A stretch of 64,000 bases of DNA from Phallusia mammillata (Eukaryota), in the NCBI GenBank assembly GCA_965637545.1, contig OZ281495.1, forward strand, positions 12,028,001 to 12,092,000. Reading direction: 5' to 3'. Shown here piece after piece: positions 38,901 through 52,066 of this stretch. How positions within the stretch are numbered: position 1 is the first letter of the stretch; the number at the start of each line of letters is the position of its first letter. A program made the translations under genes and the position numbers. The notes under the pieces are model-generated. The model was not told the DNA's origin, did no database searches, and was given only the letters and a program-made list of their open reading frames with translations.

Positions 38901-41900
38901 ATTTTTGCAGTCGAACTCTACATGAGTTAAGGTAACATTCTTTAAGTAAAAATTGCACAAAAACAAAGTTAGGGTAAAAAATGTAAAAACAACCCCAAAA
39001 GAAACAAACAGACATCGCAACACAACTTTTGTTTGGGTATTAGAAAATATTAAACTGAAGAAAAAGTTTATAAAGCAAGTTGTGAGCATTTTTACTCACC
39101 TCATGCTCTTTGACAATTTTTGTTTTTTCTGTCAAATGACTTCGAAGACTTTTCTTTAAACTGGCGACTTCTTTTTCCAATTCGCAAATTTTGTTTTCAG
39201 ATTCAGTAATTGTTTTCCTACAAAAAGTTTAACTGACTTAGTAAGCTGTGACAATCGCTAAAACTAAAGCAACTTACTTATAGGTGTCAGATTCACTTGT
39301 AAGTTTGCTTTTTGACACAATGCTAATTTTGTTGGATTCATCAAGTTTGTTTTGAAGGACGGCAATTTCCTTCTTCGTTTCATTCAGCTCAACAATCAAC
39401 CTTCATGTTTAAAAACATTTGTTATACCTTATCATATTTTTAAAACAACCTTTGTTAACTATTTAGATTTCAATTTAGATGGTCAAATCATAATACGCCG
39501 GGCCCATAGAAGGCGTCAAACCGAATCAGTCGGCTAGGAACAGGCTGGCTTGCTGCAGGATTCGAACCTACGAAAGGAGCCTTTCCGGGACTGGCGCTCT
39601 ATATCAACTGTGTTACAAAGACTGAGCGGTGAGCACGTCGAAAGTAGAAATTCTGCACATATCAGCTTCGTAGTAAAAGATCGCTATTTCGACCATTGAT
39701 CAATTTAATTTGAGACTATTTAGTCGGTTTAGTTATGCATGATTTTTGTTCAACATATTTTCGTTGCTAGACTTTTGCAATTAAAGATCTTTTGTGTTTG
39801 CGCAAAGCGCTATGTGAGGTTATTGAATATGTGTACCGTTCTTCCACAGAAACATGTTCGGTTTTTGATTCCTGATGTCGTTTATTAAACTCTTGCTGAT
39901 TTCGCTTGCTTTCGTTCAGTTGCTCGTTTAGTCGTAAAATTGTAACCTACAAATGAAATTAAGGGTAAGCATTTTTTAAGCTTTTCCCGTAATGAAAAAA
40001 CAAGGATAAACAAATACGCCGTCTGTACAATGCAAATTTGCTGTGTGTCAAACCTTGAATAAAAAATAAGAGACAAACACATGTTATACCTGGGATTGAT
40101 TTTTGTGACTTTCGAAGTCAACTTTGATGACAGACATCTTTTCCAACAGATCTTGGTTCTCCGATTTTAGTAGTTTGATCAAAGTACTACAAAAAAGTAG
40201 GCGAAAATTTATACGAGGATACTTCGTGATATTATGGTGGCAGAAGTTTAAACAAAAGGAAATTTAGTCTTTTAGAAACACAGTGAAGCTACCAACCCGT
40301 ATTCTTGAAGTTCATCAGTTAGTTTGCTTCGCGATGTTAAACTTTTCTCCTTTGATTCGCTTAACTGGGATTGCAGATTCGCTGTAGCGTTCGCGAAACT
40401 GGCAAAATCAACATTATTGTTGTTGAGGTATAAGATAAATAGAGCAATTAGAACACATATGGTTGTATGGTGAACCTATTTTTTTTGTCTTGGATATGTG
40501 TATGTTATAGGGATGCGCCGAGCCGAGCCAGAACCCGAGTACTCGGTACCGAGCATCGCTGTTTTTAATGCTCGGTGCTCGGCCGAGCAGTTGCACAAAC
40601 TGACCCGAGCGTTAAATTTGCATATTCATGCACTTCTAACATATGTAACTAGTGTTCTAAAGGGTGTCTATGAACAAAAACGAATGATTTTTCAAATGCA
40701 CGAGATGGTGGAAAACGCGTACTTTATGGGCATGTACAGCTTAATAAAACACCGCCGGTGACGTAAGAGGCCTTGTAGAGCTAAAACGTAGAAAGGGGAT
40801 TTTTTGTGACGTCATAATGCGCCGAGCGTGCTCGGCCGAGCACCGAGCATTAAAGTGAGATACTCGGTGCTCGACCAAACAGAACATTTGCAGTTTTGGC
40901 ACATCCCTAGTATGTTATATTATTGTTTTTTTCATTGTGCCACTTTTCTACGCCTAATCTGCAAATGAAAACATACTTTATTTCTTGCAAAAATATAACA
41001 AGTTTATACATCACTGCATGTCCGTTAACTATATTTGAAAATATGACAACCTTTTTTTCAGAGATGCTTCCCTCTGTGTAAGCTGTTTAATTTGAAGATT
41101 CAATTTGTCTTCCCGATTTCGAAACTCTTCCAACTGCAACTTCTTCTCCGTATTTAAACCCTATGAAGATATTTTTAAAACAAGTCATTATTTTAAACCA
41201 AGATGTGTGCATTACTTTTAGAGTTTCATTCAATTTTAGTTGCTTGGTAAGTTCCTTCTGCATCTCAAGAAGTTCTTCTTTCAGCTTTCTGACCACCAAC
41301 CTTTCAAAACAGACATAGTAATACTCAAATAAAGTAGGTTAGAGACTTCTATATTGCAAGAAAGCTCATACGTCTGGGCTGTTTCGCTTGATTTTCGTTC
41401 ATCAGAATTCTTTGCCATTAAACTTTGAAGCTCCTTAATCTGTTAATAAAATAAATTTAAAAATTATCTATATAGCCCAGGACAGCAGGCTACAAAGATT
41501 TGCCCCCTAGACCTTTTTGCACAGAAGTTGTTGAAAACGTTTCTGTTTGACATTACATCTATTCTACCCAATGAGTGTCACGCGGCATAGTTCCGCTTTG
41601 TGACTACTTTTACCAAGAAATATTCTGTAACTTAAACGTGGTATTGTATTCACCGCTGTTGAGTCGCAAGCCACAACGACTTGTGCACAAAAACGTCGCT
41701 TAAAATGAAGTTTGAAAAGCACTGCCCAAGGCATTGGAATTAAACGAAAGTCATTTTGCAATGTAGCCCATACTCCTGTTCACCTGTGCTTGCATCCGAC
41801 TTCGTTCATTTTGAAGTTTTTCGACAAGAACTGACGCACGCGAATTGTCGCTTGATTGTTTCTGAATCTCGGCTTTCGACCATTCAAGGCGATCTTTTAG

Positions 41901-44900
41901 GCTCCTTAGCTCAACAATTCAAAGATAAACTCTATATGTAAACTGTAACAAACCTACAACGCTTACTTTTCCAGTTCAGAAGCATTGTTCACGTGACTTA
42001 GCTGCTGGGCAACCATCAACGACTTCTTTAACTCACGAACTTCAATTTTAAGTCGCTTATTTTCAGCAGCAAATTTCTGAAGATTTTTTTCCAGAATGGT
42101 ATAATCAGAGACGGAGGATTTTTGCTTTAAAAAAGGTGTTGCAAAGTTACCTAGGTGTAGAAATGTATCCATCTGTCATGTTAACTCTACCGTGGACACG
42201 TATAATCGTTTTTGATTAACTGATAAGCAAAGATTAGTATGTATAGGTTATTTTAAAAACGCAAGAGTTAGCGTGTTTGGGGTTTTGGAAAGGTTTTGTT
42301 TAAAGGGGTTATGAAAAAATGTGATCAAAATCTGGTCAGATAAACGCAATGTTTATAAATCCTGAATATTTTTTACTAAAAAATACAAAAATACTTGCAT
42401 AATCCACCTGATTTTCCGTTTTTATTTGATGAGTCGATGCAAGTTTGTGTTGTACAGCTAGGAGTGCCGTGTTAATTTGCTTGTTTTCTGATTCAAGCTG
42501 TGCCACCTCATTTCTTACAATAAAAAATATACGATGAGCTCAAACACCATCACATATATGGCAAGCAAAGCATTTTGTTTTACCACGTAAAATCCTCTTA
42601 TACAAGTTAACTTTAAACAATTCCAGAAGTTCTGTTTTACCTCAGTCTTACGAGTTGAACCAGTTCGCCATCTAGTTTGGATAGTTTGGTTTGTAGATTG
42701 TGATTTTCAGTGGTACGTTGCTTCAGTTCCGATCTAGTCCTGAAAATATTATTTCGTGAACGATTTTGCCACTGGAAACACAATGCTGAATGTTATAAAA
42801 GTTACACGCTTTTCCGCATGGTGCTGCTACAGATAACATGAGTTAAAATGCGAAAACACTATAACATGGGCTTTTTCCAAATTGGTAAATTTATAACTTA
42901 TAATTAAACTTAGTCGAATCTAGAACCGTGTTAATATTAAAACGATACTCTCTAACAACTGAAAATAATTGAAATCTGTAAACTTGAATGTACGCAATTT
43001 GCAAGTGGTAAAATCACTTTTCGATAATCTGCATTTGTTCCTTGGACTTTTCGCGGGTGTCACGAAGTTCTTCAAATAGTTTTTTCTCCGTCTCCTGCAA
43101 CCTGGCGATTTGTTGTTGTTTCTCTGCAAGATTTTGTGCCTGCTGTTGCTTATCTATAGCAATTTGATTTTGAGTTGCCTCCATCATCGAAAGATTTGAT
43201 TTGAAATTTTCCATTTGACTCTGAATTGATACAAATGGTGGTTGGATAGTGTTCTGGTAGCTTTATTCCATATAAACGACTATTGTCCAACCAAGTCAAA
43301 GATTTTTGCTTTGCCACAAATGGGTGGAAAATTATTATGGTACTTGCAACTGTGCTTGCTTATTACGAGACGGAATGTTTTCGTTCAGATTTATTTAACT
43401 TAAACTTACTAATGCTGTATTAACTTTGATCTGTTGCTTTCGTTTTTCTTCTTTACTTTCTTTGTGAAAGTGATTAAGCTGAACTTGCAGATCTTCGTTG
43501 GCTTTGCGCAGTTCTATTATTGTTGAACTAAAAAGAGGTTTAAAAGTCGTTGAAAAAAAAATCGTTTGTACAAGATAAATTTGTTATTATTAGTAGCTAC
43601 TTCTATTAGAACAGTTGGTAAAAACATAAACAGAGTAACCTTTGTTGTTGTGCTTTGAAGTTTAGTGATGAAGTCTGTTCTTTCGATTGGATTTCAATAG
43701 CTTTTAGCCTCTTTGCCTGTTTATAATTGAATCTAGTTGTTGACCTGGCATTTAGGCCGTTGTTATTCAGAACGTTTACTTACTTCTTGCTCCACAAGTA
43801 ATAGCTTTTTCTGTGCTTCGGTAAAAAACGTTTTATAATTGTTTAACTTTTGATTGAACTCTGCTTCTTTGGATTCCAAAATCGTTTTCTGTTTACTAAA
43901 TAAAGCATAACTTTACACATAAAATCAATGAGTAAGTTGTCCCCAATTATACCTAATGCACTAACCTACAGGTTGTTTTAAGATCTAAAAGCCCTTTGTC
44001 TTTGGAAACATTTTCATCTTGTAATTTCTCGTTTGTGTTTCGAAGATCAGAACACTGCGTCTCGTATTCATACATCTTTTCCTTAAAACTGTTTGAGGTA
44101 CCATGTTGAAACACCGTAAACGATTTTTAAATAATGTTAGTATTGGCGAATGAGCACCTTTTTATTGTGATGTCTTTTTCACTTAAACTTTTGTGAAGAT
44201 TTTTCCAATTCTTCGTGTATTCAGCTTCCTTTTGTTTGTGCTGACTTATCTCTGCCTGGAGTAACTCAATGGCGCGTTGCATTTGCTGTAATCGTTCCTA
44301 TATACACAAAAGCATCATATCGTTAAGTCGTTAAGCAGATTGGTATATGAAATAAAATACAATATCTTTAAACTGATTACCTGTTGCTCTTTGGTCATTT
44401 GTCGACTCAGACGAATCTTTAGAGTTTGTCCGTTGCTTTCTAAATCACCTGCCCTAAAGTATTATAGTCAATGAACACTAGATTCATGCGTTTAGGTTTC
44501 TTATCTACAGAAACTTATCTCGGAATGAGTGATATAATTAGGTCATACTAGGTAAACAAAGCTAAACTTGATGATGTATGTTAACACATTTGTCACCACC
44601 AAAGTTGTTTCAGTCTTAAATGTGTACCGCTTTATGTGAGTATTAAATTACCCCTCGGTTGAATGGTTTGTTTCTGTCGCTGCTTCCTCGATAACGATGT
44701 TCATTTGTTGTGTACAAAACTGCACTTGGTCCTTAAAAGTTTCTTGTGACCGGCGGTCTTTGCTTTCACTGCTTGCTATCTGTTCCATGTCTTTAAATTC
44801 CATCTTGGCCGGTGGTATCGTTGGCCTGAATGCACTTTTTAAAGCAAGCGGCTTTGACACTATCTGAAAACCAAGAAAGCCTCATTTTCAATCTACATTA

Positions 44901-45965
44901 GTAGCAACCTCATATCTAATATACGTTGAACCTAAATAACGTTTTTTGTATTTGTTGTTTAGTTTTCATCTTGTTTTAACCAAGTCAATATTTGATGTTT
45001 ACCATGTGCCTTAAAATCTATGTAAAATAGAAATTTACTTGTTGGGCTACACGGTTGTGTTAGTAAATTGATCCCAATACATTTGTTCTTCTGCCTTTGG
45101 TATAAATAACAACACATTTGAGTAAAATAACAAGTATACTACGTAAACATTCAATATACCGCTAATTTGCTATAAGTTCTGCACTCCGCCTGACTAAGTA
45201 GACAATAACTAATTACCCGAAGTGTCCGTTCGTTAATTGGGGCGTTTACATTCAACACCATACGCTTACCCTGGAGCCTTTTCCAACTGGTTTGATTTCA
45301 CGTCTTAATTCCATGCCTAAAACTGAAATAAGGCAGAAAGCATCAGTTCAGATAGAATAACTGGTAGTAACTATCATACAGTTCCAGTCCTGTAGTCAAC
45401 ACTCCAGAATCAAAACAAAGCCTATTGTTACGCTCGCTTTGTTGCGCTTTGGAAGAAAACAACGCTAAAGATAAGATCTCTCTTGCTTTCGAAGCCGATC
45501 ATGTTGCACTGTGATAAAAAAATCATATTGAGAGAAAGGTTTCAAACAAATTGCGTGCATAATTAATTTGTACCCAATATATTCCCGTCTTATTTACTGA
45601 CAGGCGTTTGTCACAGGCCACAACTTAACTAGACGAAATTAGTCTGTAAATCATCAATAAACATATTTCGCAGTTAACGAGCAAATTACTTGTGAAGTAT
45701 CTTTGGCTAAATATCTTTTACAGCCTAAGACTTTGACTATGCATAAAAGTAATAGAATTTTGGTACGGATAAGTTAGGTTGGGATCAGGTAAGGTGCATG
45801 ATTTGTTAATACAACGCATGACTTTTCACAAACTAAAGGTTGTCAAACATTTTATCGGCAAAGCATGAAGTTGTGCACCTTAATAATGGTTTACCACTCT
45901 CTGCGCCGAAAAACAGACTTCAATTCGTTACCTTTGGTCGGTTTGACACAACGAGGCGTTGTCAT
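32968..45965 (-). CDS. Long coiled-coil protein homologous to the C-terminal part of CEP290; ~40 small exons, very roughly 1,400-1,500 aa
   Basis: Many short minus-strand heptad-rich exons with GT-AG ends (e.g. 45932-45965, 45270-45316, 44652-44863, 44381-44453, 41784-41904, 37243-37383, 32968-33192). Two CEP290-like motifs recalled from the human protein: KAEIQKQSSDNSRASVLVEKL (cf. KSELQAQKEANSRAP...LVERL) and the terminal LRYFDEYVVSEMDDIRYNY...YEEQLKRI (cf. LENFDPSFFEEIEDLKYNY...LEEKVKKL). Not all internal exons resolved; start codon tentative. Confidence 0.7.
33505..33583. repeat. ~45-bp tandem duplication in the last intron of the CEP290-like gene
   Basis: TGAAATTGGGGAAAG(T)nGAAAGTATTGTT present twice in tandem. 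Confidence 0.8.
37406..37588. mobile_element. Degenerate Tc1/mariner-type MITE related to the 20997-21154 element
   Basis: TIR-like CAGTAAATCTCGGTTAAACCGG / CCGGATTAACCGAGGTTTACTC, plus an internal CGGTTAATCCGGA repeat. Confidence 0.6.
39470..39625 (-). mobile_element. tRNA-derived SINE-like relic / pseudo-tRNA in an intron
   Basis: Minus strand TAACACAGTTGATATAGAGCG (decayed A box/D arm) ... GTAGGTTCGAATCCTGC (intact B box/T arm, 39558-39568) ... AGCCA, followed by a unique body. The anticodon stem does not pair. Confidence 0.55.
40508..40909. mobile_element. hAT MITE (402 bp)
   Basis: TIR TAGGGATGCGCC / GGCACATCCCTA; perfect 8-bp TSD GTATGTTA; subterminal CCGAGCA/TGCTCGG repeats. Confidence 0.9.
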
Positions 45966-47121
45966 TTCCTAAAAGTGGAAGGGCGCAATGAGACAGCAGT
46001 CATGCTTGCTAAATGTGATTTCACGCATTTGTAACCACATCAAAGTAAGTATATGTGTTATTCAGCCGTAACAAACTCAGACCTTAGGCATTTATTCTAG
46101 CAGTTATTGTTTGTTAACATAGTGTAATTGTTTCACTTCAAAGATAACACATGGCAAGCAATGACTTGAAATAATAGATTGATGTACCCACAGAAACACA
46201 AATAAGGTTATGCGTAGCTAAATAACAGAAAATCGCATATTACTTTAAACGACAATCACATAGACATCATTTACTGCGTTTACATGTCAAAATTTTGGGC
46301 CTAGTACTAGGCCTAACTTTCCAAATATGGTCATCGAACCATGACTCAGCAAAATTACTAGGACCAAACCGACGATTTTTTGGGCCTACAAAACCCGGTG
46401 GACTAAAGCGTTTAGGCCTAGCCCAAAAAGTGTCTGTTTTGTTTCATTCACCTTCTTGATTCTTTTCTGTGAAAATTTCGCAAGCGAATCTTGATTATTT
46501 TTAAATTTTGCTAACTAATTAAAGTGTGCACTACAATTTGCGGTTTGGAGGCGATTGTCGTCTGTGGAAGTTGCCAATTTTAAACTGCTTCCAAGTTTTA
46601 TGCTAGCCGGAGCAGATATGTGATCTACTTGTCGCAAGTAGTATCAGTTATAGTTAGGTAGTTATTTTATTCCTACTAGTGCTGTGAGCTTACAATGGGT
46701 GTTTTCTCACGTATTACTTTTGTAAGCAGGGTGATGAAAAACTTGCCTTAACATTTCACGTCTTGCGCCAACAACTATTACCTGATCGACAGGTTCAAAT
46801 GGTGAATTTTAAAAGCTAAAATTTTCCGAAAACCTACAAAAATGCTCGTATGGATAATTAACGGCCACGAACGCCTGTGAACGTGGTGCTCTGATACTTG
46901 CATGCAGACCCCAGACTTTAAAACCAATAAACCGAGTCTCGGGAAACTCGCCAATCCGGTCACGCACCATTGCGCACATGACATGTAAACGCAACGGCTT
47001 TTTGGCCAATAAAGTAGGCTAGGCCCAAGTTTAGGCCTAGTCTATTTACGGACATGTAAACGTAGTAATTGTCTTCAGGCTTATGTCTTCATCCATTTCC
47101 GCTTTGGTTGACGTCTTAGTT

Positions 47122-48229
47122 CAGGGGTGGGCAAACTACGGCCCGCGGGCCGCATGCGGCCCGGCAAAGGAGTTTGTGCGGCCCGCCAAATGTTCGCAAA
47201 CTTTGAAGAGAAAGTGACCAAGCAACGCTGAATAGAATTATAAGCACAGGCGTAGAGTTTTAAAAATACCGGGGATGGGACTTGCCTAAACGCAGATACT
47301 TTTTACGTGCTTAAGCCGGTTGTTTCTGCCACGTTATTATGCAAATCGTCACTTGACACAATTTCTTTGTTCGATAAAGTAAAAGCGGTTTACGTTTTCA
47401 AATACAGCCCACTTTGCAATGTTGACGCCAAAACTTTGGTCACTTTGGATCAAGTTTAGGTCGTTGCAGTTCTTTGCAAACGAACATTAAACACGGCTAT
47501 TAAAAGCGGCTCGCATTGTTTAATGTTAGCGCAAGGAATTTATTAACAAAAAAACGTGGTGTAGCCTATGTTGAAACAAATGCTTGTTTATTTTTTAAAA
47601 CAATTACAATTGTAGCGTTTCAACCAATGTGTGTACAATCATTAAAGTGACAACAAACGTATTTGCACATAGCTGAAAATATACTATGTTAATATTTTGG
47701 GCTAAATTAGGGGTACACAACGTGCGGCCGTAAGGCGACATGCGGCCGCGGAGACAAGTTTGTGCGGTCGTGGCCATGTATGTTAAAATACATGTACTGG
47801 CGGCCGTGACGTAACTAAAACTATTTTGCCTAATATTTTGATTTTCAAACAGCTAAAAACAGCTTTCGTGAGACTGGAAAAAAAGATTACCAGCCTAGTG
47901 ACCATATACGCCAGATTTTTTATCCGCTTATTGTGTGCAAACAATGCGAAAGAACAGGCACCGCAATCGTCACAATACAGTTTATGATGTCATAAACAGT
48001 TAGCTCCGTTCAGCTAAACTAATGCACCAAGTTAGAAATTATTAATCTGGGCATTTCAGGCGACTTAAAATGATATATATATGTGATATAAACCAAATTC
48101 TTTACACAAGTTATTTCAAAACAAAAAAACAAGTAAGCAATTGGCGTCCGTTGGTGAAATACTATGCGGCCCGATAAGATTAAAAACCTTTGAATGCGGC
48201 CCTTGCACTGAAAAGTTTGCCCACCCCTG
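47122..48229. mobile_element. Non-autonomous hAT (Charlie/SPIN-like) element, 1108 bp
   Basis: Perfect TIR CAGGGGTGGGCAAACT / AGTTTGCCCACCCCTG; 8-bp TSD TCTTAGTT; GCGGCCC subterminal repeats. Confidence 0.92.
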
Positions 48230-48767
48230 TCTTAGTTGAATTCATTTAACTTATTTAGATGACGAAAATATAATGTCATTGTTTTCCACATCGCAGTTCA
48301 TAATTGCCATTTCAGCGTTACTAATATTGGGAGTAAATTGCAGGTTGATGATTTGCTGTTGCACTTGTTTCTAGTTTCTACGCCGAAAGACTAACTACCT
48401 TTCCATCTCCTCTCAGCTCATGGTTCAGAATGCTCCTGACTGGTGTTGGTTTTGTCCGATAAAGGAGAAGGCGTTTTGACGTTAGTTAAATTCATTTTAT
48501 CAAATAATTTTGGTTTTGTTTAGGTTGATGGAAGTTAGGTTCGGGTAGGGTATTGTTATATAGCGAGAACAGTTGTTGATGACGTAAGAACCAATGATAG
48601 AAGTACGAAATGTCAAATACTTTTTAAGTTAAGGCGTTTAGGTCTAGCCTTGGATAATCCTCAAAAAATACAACGTTCACATAATCACGTGTCTAGTCGC
48701 TCAAATGTAAGGTTTGGTTTATGTGTGATGTTAAAACACGAAACTCGACATGTGTGTTAGACTAGCG

Positions 48768-49066
48768 CAGGGGTCGGCAACCCTTGGCAGGTGTGCGAAT
48801 CTTGCCACGCTAAGTGATTTTTCATGGCACGCCAAACGATTTTTCTGTTTATAGTGAAGTACTAATTTAACCTGCTGCACTGCTTGTTTTCAGTTTTTTG
48901 TCTTTAAATCCAGCATACAGGGACAAAAAACTCTGCTTTCTGCTTACTATTAAGATCACCTTGCACAAACCACTATTACCCAAAAAAATGTTGGCACGCG
49001 AAGCCATTTCTACATGGAAATAACAAGTAAATGGGCACGCGCCGCTTAAAAAGTTGCCGACCACTA
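48768..49066. mobile_element. hAT MITE (299 bp)
   Basis: TIR CAGGGGTCGGCAAC / GTTGCCGACCACTA; 8-bp TSD GACTAGCG. Confidence 0.88.
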
Positions 49067-49796
49067 GACTAGCGGTTCCTCGGGTAAAGAACTTGAAGTC
49101 ATCAAATTTTTATGCCATGCCACATTGTGAGACTGAACAAAATAAATATATGCAGACAGTGTCCATTGCCGAGCAATGCTTCTTTATTTCGAAACAACTA
49201 AATATTTATATGCTGCGTTTCGACCGCAAGTGCTAAATAGTGGAAAATACAAGGGGGTTGTTTTTAAAATGGTGGGAACTACTGTATTAGACGATATTTA
49301 CACGCGGGATTCAGTCACAACCTGATTTGTTTACATTCCAAACTGATTGGTCTTTAAAGCTGTGCGCCGAGGACTCGTATTTAACAGCGACACGTCGCGC
49401 CATTTATTATTATGCCGTTGCAGTAGAAGCCAAATGTATTGATATTCATACCTAATATTCAAACTCTAATCTAGTTTTTCGCAACTTTTTAACGCACAAC
49501 ATTTTTCTTCGAAATGTTCCTTGAGAAATATGCGATGTAGCTACATCACAACAGTTCCTTCCGCTTTATCAAAAAGCAGCTCGTACAACAAGTTAGTGTA
49601 CCACCAATCGTTTATCACAGCGATGTCCGAGGCAGTCCACGCCGCGCTTGCTGGCCCATCCTGCTTGTCAGGAAATACTATAAATGGGGATATTGATCAT
49701 TTGTATCGGTAGAAAAAAGGTGCGCCCACGATCAACAAATTAAGAATTGCCATTCAGCAGTATTTTGTGTTGTGCAGTTGCGTGGAGGATTTAGCA

Positions 49797-52066
49797 ATGA
49801 CGAGCACCGAAAAGGGTATGTTCATCTTTGTAGGTTTTCTATGTTTAGTGTTTTACTATTGATGTTTTACTCGCTCTTGCAGTACCGCTTTTGTCAACTG
49901 CCAAGACTACTGCTAGTTCTACTACGGCAACAACTACCACATTGAGCACAGTTAAATCAACCTACACCACGGGTAAGAAAACTTAAACGCTAATGTTATT
50001 GGGTCTACTAAGGAACGATTAAGAACAGGTTCAAGCAGCGGTTATGACCAGATATTTTTTGTTTTGCCGTTAAAAGCATTCGTGAAATACATAATTTTAC
50101 CGAATAAAATGCGTTGACAGAGTAAACGATATTTCAGAGATCCAAATGTAACACTACTTTTGTCGCTCTATTTTTAATGTTTAATACTTTTTTTCTGCTA
50201 AAAGCATATATTTTTATCAGTAGACCTTTTACTTTGACGAAGTCATTTCCTAGTTACACTTTTACATCAGTGCTACATGAATATCACAAACCGTAAAATG
50301 GCTAGCCTTCTGGTTTGTTGATATAAATGCCTTTAAATCTATAATTCAATGTTAAAGGTAATGCAAAAATAACTTTTTTTATCAGCGACAACATTAGCCA
50401 CAACGAGCTTAACCACTAGCACAGCGGCCGCCACCAAATCAACTACGGCCAAAGCATCTAAGGATGGAGGTGGGGCGAAGAAAAAGCAACCACCGTTCCT
50501 CGAGCGAGAAGTTAAGGTTAGTGTCAAAATATTTACTGAAATGATAGATGCAGCAGCTGTTAAATTTTTCTCATACGTTACATTTTTAGGTAACCAATCC
50601 CGAATCAGTGGATCACAATGGATTATTGCGCAAACTACACGATCGATTTCATAAATCGTTTCTGCGTTGGAAGAAACGATCTGGAGTTTTTAAATTCGCA
50701 AACCTGGTCGTCACCCTGTTTATTGTTGCTGTACAAGTAGCCCAGGTAAACCTGCATAAACATTACAGGCCTGAACATATGTCACGATAACGTGGCTGTT
50801 TTAAGAAGCTTTGTGGAAGCATGTTAAAAACACATAAATTGGTGCGGTTAGTGTTATTTGAATGAAAGATAAATATCCCTTACAGCATAGTCCTAAGTTT
50901 ACAATATTTTCCACTGTCAATCTGTAGTCCCAGTCCCAACTTTTGTCAAGTAGTAATCATAACTTGGATACTAGCCCAGTCATATGAACAGTTGCTTTAC
51001 GTTTCATACAACGCACGGCCCTTCTGCAAAGTGTTATATCAGTAAAACGTTTTTGCCGGAAGAACTTAACGATATGTTTGTTTTCATTTCAGGTGGTCGT
51101 TTTTCAACTTAATGTTATTCCTACCGTCACAAAGACGGCGATTGCAACTATACTTCCCAGCATTACAAGTGCGGTGCTCGCGATTCAACTTAAATTGGGT
51201 TGGGGTGAAAAAGCGATCAAGTGCAAAAAGAGTAAGAACATTAACGTTGTGTTCCGTTTTTATTTTGGTGCTTGTGTTAATATGCATTGTAAACCCGTTT
51301 TAGTGGAAGCAGGTTTTAATTGAACACAATTTAAAAGATTCTAAAATGACCGTCTTAAAATTATATCGTTTTTGACAAGACTGTAACATGCAGTAGTTAA
51401 ATATTTGGTTGTACGTATGCTTTAACCTTCATACATTGGCTGTAAACCTATAGGTGAAAAAAAATGCCTCATTAATTTTCCGGTACCCGTCAATGCAACC
51501 TCGGCAAAGCATTGGCGCTGAAAGTGGCGTGACCAAAATTAACCTGACAACACAGTTTTTTCATAATGTGTACAAAGATCATATAGCGGTGACGTTCTCG
51601 GCTTTTGTTTATTACTGAGGTAGCTAAACTCCCGGTTGCTATATATAAGGGTTAATGGACTTTAAGATTGTTTATAGTCTCCTCGCCTCCACGACTTGAA
51701 TAATTATGATGTGTTGGATAAGATAAACATTGTATGCTACTTCATAATTTTGTTATTTAACGATGTTGTTGTATCACACCATCCAAAAATCGTCTGTTTA
51801 AATGTGCTTACTCGCTTTTGTATTTGGCAAAGGCGACAGAACATTTAAATGGGGAAGTTTTTTTATGTTTGTAAGAGTGTAGCTAACTTATGCTTACATG
51901 TTTTATTTTTTTAGGTGCTAAACTATACAACACGCTGGCCACTCATGCTGAATACAGAATGGCGGTCGCAGAGGCTGGTGGTGAGCTTAGCGATTCAGTT
52001 AAAGTATGGAACACCGCTCTTATATCAGAAACCACCCAAGTTCCGGCTTTTCTATCAGCCTATTAA
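49797..52066 (+). CDS. Thr-rich, 2-TM protein with SLATT-like C-terminal domain, copy A (~230 aa, intact)
   Basis: Exons 49797-49815, 49883-49972, 50386-50516, 50590-50745, 51093-51231, 51915-52066 join in frame: MTSTEK-(Thr-rich)-...LHDRFHKSFLRWKKRSGVFKFANLVVTLFIVAVQVAQVVVFQLNVIPTVTKTAIATILPSITSAVLAIQLKLGWGEKAIKCKKSAKLYNTLATHAEYRM...PAFLSAY*. The same exon structure in the paralog supports the model. The family assignment is inference. Confidence 0.85.

Noticed and set aside
46430-47009. Possible upstream exons of the CEP290-like gene or a small separate gene (ORFs 46778-46984, 46809-47009)
   Set aside because: In-frame stops precede the candidate donor and there is no coiled-coil or known motif; at most 5' UTR.
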